Origin: Flavobacteriales bacterium
GTDB lineage: Bacteria; Bacteroidota; Bacteroidia; Flavobacteriales_D; Crocinitomicaceae
DNA length: 59,576 bases
Reading direction: 5' to 3'
Assembly (NCBI GenBank): GCA_947505255.1
Contig: CANNKP010000001.1
Location: 1 to 59,576, forward strand
Shown: positions 54,080-59,576 of the stretch, in pieces
Layout: each line of letters begins with the position of its first letter
Position numbering within the stretch: position 1 is the first letter of the stretch
The notes under the pieces: model-generated
The model's database searches: none
What the model was told of the DNA's origin: nothing
What the model saw: only the letters and a program-made list of their open reading frames with translations
Translations under genes and position numbers: made by a program

Positions 54080-56049
54080 TGTCAAAAATTCCACCACATA
54101 TTATTGACGATATCATGCAAGCTTCTCGTATTGAGGAAGTAATTGGTGAATTCGTAAGTTTAAAACGTGCTGGTTCAAATTTAAAAGGATTGAGTCCTTT
54201 CACAGATGAAAAAACAGCTTCATTTGTTGTCTCTCCTGCAAAACAAATTTTTAAATGCTTCTCAACTGGAAAAGGGGGAACTGTCGTAAGTTTTCTAATG
54301 GAAAAAGAACACTTTTCTTATCCCGAAGCATTACGTTGGTTGGCTGATAAATATGGCGTCCCAATTCCTGCAGATGAGCCAGCAACGGCAGAGCAGCTTG
54401 CAGCAATAAGTGAACGAGAAAGTTTATATATCATCAATGATTTCGCAAGAGATCATTTCAAGCAGAACCTGCATAATTCTGAAGAAGGAACGGCAATAGC
54501 ACTCTCCTACTTTGAAGAGCGCGGATTTCGAAAAGATATCATTGAGAAGTTTCAATTGGGTTATTGTTTGAATACTGGAACAGATTTTACAAAGGCTTCC
54601 ATTGCAAAAGGATATAAATTAGACTATTTAGAAAAGGTTGGTCTCGTAAAGTCGAAAGATGACAGACAATTTGATTTTTTTAGAGGAAGAGTAATGTTTC
54701 CTATTCACAGTGTCTCAGGACGCGTATTAGGTTTTGGGGGAAGAACACTTTTCACTGATAAAAAAATTGCAAAGTATTTCAATTCACCCGAAAGCATCAT
54801 TTACAATAAAAGTGAAATTCTTTATGGATTACATTATTCAAAAGGTGATATTATCAAATATGATAATTGCTTTTTATGTGAGGGTTATACCGACGTTATT
54901 AGTATGTATCAAGCTGGAATTCAAAATGTTGTTTCCTCTTCCGGTACTTCTCTTACTAAGGATCAAATAAAACTTATTCGTCGATATACACAGAATATTA
55001 CTATTCTATATGATGGCGATCCAGCTGGAATAAAAGCATCTTTCCGAGGAATTGATTTAATTCTTGAAGAAGGAATGAATGTGAAAGTGGTCTTATTTCC
55101 TGAAGGCGAAGATCCAGATTCATTTTCTAAAAAATCAAGTACTGTTGAACTTGAAAATTATATCAAAGAAAGCACGCAAGATTTTATTTCTTTCAAAGCT
55201 TCAATTTTATTAAAAGATAGTGAAAATGACCCTATCAAAAGAGCTGAATTGATAAGAGAAATCGTGCATTCAGTTTCATTAATTCCTGATCAGATTACCC
55301 GAACGGTATACATGCAACAAATTTCTCAGCAATTTGAAATTAATGAACAAGTTATATCGAACGAATTAATAAAGCTGAGGAAAAATGTTGTTGTGAAACA
55401 GGCTCCAGAAGCTGATTTTCAAGATATTTCTAATTCTCCTGATCAACAGCAAAATCAATATCCAGAGCCACAAGTTCAACAAGATGTCTCTTATTATAAT
55501 GAAGAACAGTTGATTCGGATAATGGTGAAATATGGAACACGAACAATGCAGTTTGATCAAATTGATGAAAACAATCAAACAAATTTATCTGAAACCAATG
55601 TTATTGAATTTATTTGTCATGAGTTAATCACTGATGAAATGGTCTTTTCACATCCTGTTTACAATAAAATACATAGTTTGTTTCTAGATGGATTATCCAA
55701 AAATGAATTTCTTTCTATCAACTTTTTAAAAAGATTAGAAGACCAAGAAATTGTAAAATTTGTAAGTGATATTGAATCAAATGAACATGAATTGAGTGCC
55801 AAATGGCTTAGTAATTACAATATTATTACGCGATCCGAAGGTGACAGAATGTCGGAAACTGTGATGAATGCCATTTATAGTTTCAAGCTCTCCAAAGTTG
55901 AACAATATATTAATGACATTAGAATAAAAATGGGCAAATCGGACACCATGACAGATGAACTTTTAATGGATCTATTAGCTGAACAAATGGTTTATGAAAA
56001 AATTAAAATAATCTTTTCGGAGAAGTTAGGTCGAACAATATTAAGATAA
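54079..56049 (+). CDS. dnaG: DNA primase
   Basis: Zinc-binding region LKGLSPFTDEKTASFVVSP..Q.FKCFSTGKGG, RNA-polymerase core FRGRVMFPI and TOPRIM EGYTDV...DGDPAG. Confidence 0.95.
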   Translation: MSKIPPHIIDDIMQASRIEEVIGEFVSLKRAGSNLKGLSPFTDEKTASFVVSPAKQIFKCFSTGKGGTVVSFLMEKEHFSYPEALRWLADKYGVPIPADEPATAEQLAAISERESLYIINDFARDHFKQNLHNSEEGTAIALSYFEERGFRKDIIEKFQLGYCLNTGTDFTKASIAKGYKLDYLEKVGLVKSKDDRQFDFFRGRVMFPIHSVSGRVLGFGGRTLFTDKKIAKYFNSPESIIYNKSEILYGLHYSKGDIIKYDNCFLCEGYTDVISMYQAGIQNVVSSSGTSLTKDQIKLIRRYTQNITILYDGDPAGIKASFRGIDLILEEGMNVKVVLFPEGEDPDSFSKKSSTVELENYIKESTQDFISFKASILLKDSENDPIKRAELIREIVHSVSLIPDQITRTVYMQQISQQFEINEQVISNELIKLRKNVVVKQAPEADFQDISNSPDQQQNQYPEPQVQQDVSYYNEEQLIRIMVKYGTRTMQFDQIDENNQTNLSETNVIEFICHELITDEMVFSHPVYNKIHSLFLDGLSKNEFLSINFLKRLEDQEIVKFVSDIESNEHELSAKWLSNYNIITRSEGDRMSETVMNAIYSFKLSKVEQYINDIRIKMGKSDTMTDELLMDLLAEQMVYEKIKIIFSEKLGRTILR

Positions 56050-56050
56050 A

Positions 56051-57148
56051 ATGCTAAGCTATACTCTATTTCATTTAGGTCCGTACAAAGTTTGTTTTTG
56101 GAACATCATTTTTCTGAGTGTCATCTTTTTCATTGCCATGTTGCTAAGAAAAGTGATTCATAAAATGCTGAAACGCTATTTGAAAAGTGCCAATATTCGG
56201 GTAGAAGGTCGAATGGTAACTTGGTTGAAATTATTGAGTCAAAGCGTCTATCTTCTCGCAGCATATATTGCGATTTTAAGTTTTAATATTAATAATGAAG
56301 ATGTATCATTCTCAGATTTTCTTAATTTCAATTTAATCAAATCTCAAAAATTCACATTGAGTTTTTATCATATTCTAGTCCTAATATCTATCTTCTTTGG
56401 GGCAAAAATGCTCTTGAATTTTGTTAAACTCTATATCAGTAAAAAATTCAGAGCAAAAACTTCTATTAACCCAGGAACGGAATACATCTATGTTCAAATT
56501 GCAAAATATGTCATCTATATTTTTGCTATTATCACGAGTTTAAAAGCCCTCGATATTGACCTCTCGTTGCTAATGACAGGTTCACTTGGACTTTTTGTTG
56601 GATTGGGGCTTGGATTACAAGATGTTTTCAAAGACATGTTTTCTGGTGTCGTTTTGCTTGTTGAGGGCAATATTCGTGTCGGTGATATTGTTGAAATATC
56701 TAATGGAGGAAAATCTGAATCTATAGTCGCTAAGATATTAAAAATCAATGTGCGAACAACTCAAATAGAAACGAGAGAAGGAAATGTACTAATCATGCCA
56801 AATTCCAAATTAACCCAAGAATTTGTAGAAAACTGGAGTCATGGTTCAGAATTATCTCGTTTTAGAATTGTTTTGACTATCGATTACAATGCGGATACCG
56901 AACTTGTAACACGCTTATTAAAACAAGCTGCTTTGGGACACCCGAAAGTTAGAAAATCTCATCCAGTTGATGTGAGATTATCTCATTTCGGAAATAATGG
57001 CTTGGAACTCGAATTAATCTTTTGGGCAGATCAAAATTGGGACATTAACAATTATAAATCTGATATTCGATTTGAAATAGATAGACTTTTTAGAGAATAT
57101 AAAATAACTATTCCGTATCCGCAAAACACGGTTCATTTGGTGAAATAA
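56051..57148 (+). CDS. Mechanosensitive ion channel (MscS family)
   Basis: N-terminal TM helices and the MscS pore/beta domain GLGLGLQDVFKDMFSGVVLLVEGNIRVGDIVEI...MPNSKL. Confidence 0.85.
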   Translation: MLSYTLFHLGPYKVCFWNIIFLSVIFFIAMLLRKVIHKMLKRYLKSANIRVEGRMVTWLKLLSQSVYLLAAYIAILSFNINNEDVSFSDFLNFNLIKSQKFTLSFYHILVLISIFFGAKMLLNFVKLYISKKFRAKTSINPGTEYIYVQIAKYVIYIFAIITSLKALDIDLSLLMTGSLGLFVGLGLGLQDVFKDMFSGVVLLVEGNIRVGDIVEISNGGKSESIVAKILKINVRTTQIETREGNVLIMPNSKLTQEFVENWSHGSELSRFRIVLTIDYNADTELVTRLLKQAALGHPKVRKSHPVDVRLSHFGNNGLELELIFWADQNWDINNYKSDIRFEIDRLFREYKITIPYPQNTVHLVK

Positions 57149-57179
57149 AAATTCCCATCTCGACTATCGCTCGATGTCC

Positions 57180-57209
57180 GTTTGTCGACTATCCCTTATT
57201 TCGACAAAC
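57180..57209. terminator. Hairpin between convergent mscS and pdxJ (candidate bidirectional terminator)
   Basis: gtttgtcga (57180-57188) pairs with tcgacaaac (57201-57209) as a 9-bp perfect stem with a 12-nt loop. There is no strong U-tract. Confidence 0.35.
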
Positions 57210-57311
57210 TCAATACATCGCAATATTCATTTGACTCCAGCTTTAAACAATCAGTTATAAACTCACCACTTTGCACTCATCACTTTTCCAAAATACGTAG
57301 TAAATAAACTA

Positions 57312-58025
57312 TTAAACCAAAAGCATTTTATAACGCTGAATTGTATTTTCTAACCCAAAATATAAAGCATCTGAAATCAACGCGTGACCAATAGAAACTT
57401 CTGCTAAAAAAGGAATGGAATCCTTGAAAAACTTTAGATTATCTAAACTTAAATCATGTCCCGCATTTACTTCAATACCCAACTCATGCGCCAGATTGGC
57501 AGCTTTAATGTATTCTTCAATTGATTTTTCAGGATTTTTCGGAAAGTTTTCAGCAAAAGGACCCGTATATAATTCAATTCGATCAACACCAATTTTTGCG
57601 GCATATTCAATGTTTACAAGTGATGTGTCAACAAAAACTGAACTTCTTACGCCTAAAACTTTTAACTGTTGAATTAAATCAGATAATAAATCAAACTGTT
57701 TTTTTGTGTCCCAACCTGCGTTTGAAGTCAATACATGTGGCGGGTCAGGAACTAAAGTCGCTTGTTCTGGAAAAACATCTGCTATTAAATCCATGAAACG
57801 TGCATCAGGATAACCTTCAATATTAAATTCCGTTGTCACAACCTTTTTTAAGTCATAAACGTCTTTCGTTGTTATATGACGTTCGTCAGGTCGAGGATGA
57901 ATTGTAATGCCATCAGCCCCAAATCGCTCACAATCAATCGCTACCTGAACTACATTTGGAACATCTCCACCTCGAGCATTTCGAATTGTAGCAATTTTAT
58001 TAATATTGACACTTAATTTAGTCAT
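57312..58025 (-). CDS. pdxJ: Pyridoxine 5'-phosphate synthase
   Basis: [29 protein letters not shown] and EVNAGHDL motifs. The ATG at 58025-58023 is preferred over the track start. Confidence 0.93.
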   Translation of the reverse strand: MTKLSVNINKIATIRNARGGDVPNVVQVAIDCERFGADGITIHPRPDERHITTKDVYDLKKVVTTEFNIEGYPDARFMDLIADVFPEQATLVPDPPHVLTSNAGWDTKKQFDLLSDLIQQLKVLGVRSSVFVDTSLVNIEYAAKIGVDRIELYTGPFAENFPKNPEKSIEEYIKAANLAHELGIEVNAGHDLSLDNLKFFKDSIPFLAEVSIGHALISDALYFGLENTIQRYKMLLV

Positions 58026-58094
58026 GATACGGTACAATTTTTGACAACCCAAAAGTACAAAGTTCGAAACAATTTTACTACTTTGGCAACAACA

Positions 58095-58757
58095 ATGAGA
58101 GCAATAGAACTAATAACAGATGAAATTCCTCCACTGACTCATTCAGATTCAGGAGAAAAAGCATTGCGTTGGATGGACGAATTCAAGGTTTCACACTTAC
58201 CTGTTTTAAAAAACGGCAACTTTGTAGGACTTTTATCTGAGTCTGATGTATTGGATAAAATGGATTTAGTAGAGAATCTAGACAAATTATTCGATCATTT
58301 ACCGAGACCTTATGTTTTTGCAAATGCACATATATATGAAGTATTATCTAAAATATCTGAGCACAAAATAAGTGTTTTACCTATTCTTGATGAAAACGAA
58401 AAATATTTGGGTTGTACGACGGTTTATCATTTGTTGACTGTTGTTGCAAATACGGGTAGTATTAAAGAATCAGGTGGTATTTTAGTATTAGAGGTCAATA
58501 GCGTTGATTATTCAATGGCACAAATAGCGCAAATTGTAGAAAGTAATAATGCTAAAATTCTAAGTTCATATATCATGTCTTCAATGGATTCCAATACATT
58601 AGAGGTAACACTGAAGATTAATTTAATTGATTTGTCCCGTATTATAAGAACTTTTGAACGTTATGATTATGTAATTAAAGCTTCCTTCCAAAAAAGTGAA
58701 GAAGATGATGACATTCAATATCGGTATGATGCACTCATGAACTTTTTGAAATTTTGA
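58095..58757 (+). CDS. CBS-domain pair protein
   Basis: Two CBS-like units ([21 protein letters not shown]; [22 protein letters not shown]) plus a C-terminal ACT-like segment. ATG 58095 is preferred over TTG 58041. Confidence 0.7.
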   Translation: MRAIELITDEIPPLTHSDSGEKALRWMDEFKVSHLPVLKNGNFVGLLSESDVLDKMDLVENLDKLFDHLPRPYVFANAHIYEVLSKISEHKISVLPILDENEKYLGCTTVYHLLTVVANTGSIKESGGILVLEVNSVDYSMAQIAQIVESNNAKILSSYIMSSMDSNTLEVTLKINLIDLSRIIRTFERYDYVIKASFQKSEEDDDIQYRYDALMNFLKF

Positions 58758-58758
58758 T

Positions 58759-59576
58759 ATGAATATAGCCATTTACGGACGAAAAGTCAATAAACTAAAT
58801 ATAGCTCATTACAAAGAGGTCATTGATACAATAATAGCATTAGGCTGGAATCCAATAATTGAAAAAGAACTAAAGGTTCAACTCGTTTCTAAGATGGATT
58901 TATCACCATCAACTGATCAGTTTGAATCACATACTGATTTTCACAACGGAATTGATTTAACAGTAAGTATTGGTGGTGATGGTACTTTTATAAAATCTGT
59001 CGGATTTATAAGAGATTCTCAAGTTCCAATTCTTGGTATTAATACTGGGCGACTAGGATTTTTATCCAATATTTCAAAAGATCAAATCCAATCTACTATG
59101 GACCTGGTCAAAAACAAACAATTTGAATTTCAAAAACGATCCCTACTAAGAATCAATACACAAGAGAATCTTTTTGGAGATGATAATTTTGCGTTGAACG
59201 AAGTCACTTTTCATAAAAAGGATACTGCTTCTATGATAACTGTTCATGCTTCTTTAGAGGATAAATATTTGAATTCATATTGGGCTGATGGATTAATTGT
59301 AGCTACTCCAACTGGCTCTACTGCTTATAATTTAAGTTGTGGCGGACCAATTATCACTCCTGGATGTCAAGTTCACATATTAACGCCAATTGCTCCACAT
59401 AATTTAAATGTTCGACCAATGGTTGTGCCGGATCACATGCCAATCAAATTAAGTATTGAAGGGCGAGAGCGGAAATATTTAATAAGTTTAGATGGAAATT
59501 CAAAAAATATTCGTCAAGGAGAAGAAGTGATTATCACAAAAGCTGAATTTATGATAAATGTGGTTAAATTTGAGGA
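58759..59576 (+). CDS. nadK: NAD+ kinase (5' part; runs off the window end)
   Basis: Open frame from ATG 58759 to the window end. Motifs GGDGTF, NTGRLGFL and ADGLIVATPTGSTAYNLSCGGPI. Confidence 0.9.
   Translation, partial: MNIAIYGRKVNKLNIAHYKEVIDTIIALGWNPIIEKELKVQLVSKMDLSPSTDQFESHTDFHNGIDLTVSIGGDGTFIKSVGFIRDSQVPILGINTGRLGFLSNISKDQIQSTMDLVKNKQFEFQKRSLLRINTQENLFGDDNFALNEVTFHKKDTASMITVHASLEDKYLNSYWADGLIVATPTGSTAYNLSCGGPIITPGCQVHILTPIAPHNLNVRPMVVPDHMPIKLSIEGRERKYLISLDGNSKNIRQGEEVIITKAEFMINVVKFE

Overview
Low-GC chromosomal segment, most likely from a Flavobacteriia-type Bacteroidota genome. The taxon guess rests on gene content only: T9SS type-B C-terminal domains plus PorP/SprF, a Bat operon, TAnnTTTG -7 boxes and weak Shine-Dalgarno usage. 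It is an inference. The window is mostly core chromosome. In order it contains: (1) a polysaccharide locus tail with a radical SAM/SPASM enzyme and a HEPN/MNT toxin-antitoxin pair; (2) a long minus-strand array GT4-wza-wzc-rfbC-wecA-like-SLT-uvrA; (3) dacB/ddl; (4) a 1373-aa HYR-repeat T9SS adhesin with its PorP/SprF partner; (5) housekeeping genes crcB, PAP2, obg, adk, hpt and purK; (6) a nearly gap-free sigma-crtI-crtB-idi-PTPS-photolyase-bcp-cupin array; (7) a complete MoxR/DUF58/VWA/TPR Bat operon; (8) an HxlR-DoxX-OYE-MIase-like cluster in which the OYE gene has two in-frame stops; (9) a TonB-dependent receptor, DUF3050, a second T9SS type-B protein and DUF2461; (10) rlmN, a polyprenyl synthase, dnaG, mscS, pdxJ, a CBS protein and nadK. 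I found no rRNA, tRNA, CRISPR array, transposase or integrase by eye. No clearly novel multi-gene defence system is evident. The most unusual items are two decaying genes, a four-fold operator-like repeat upstream of the carotenoid/photolyase array, direct repeats flanking a small membrane ORF, and an orphan radical SAM/SPASM enzyme. All family assignments come from motif recognition in the supplied translations, not from database searches.
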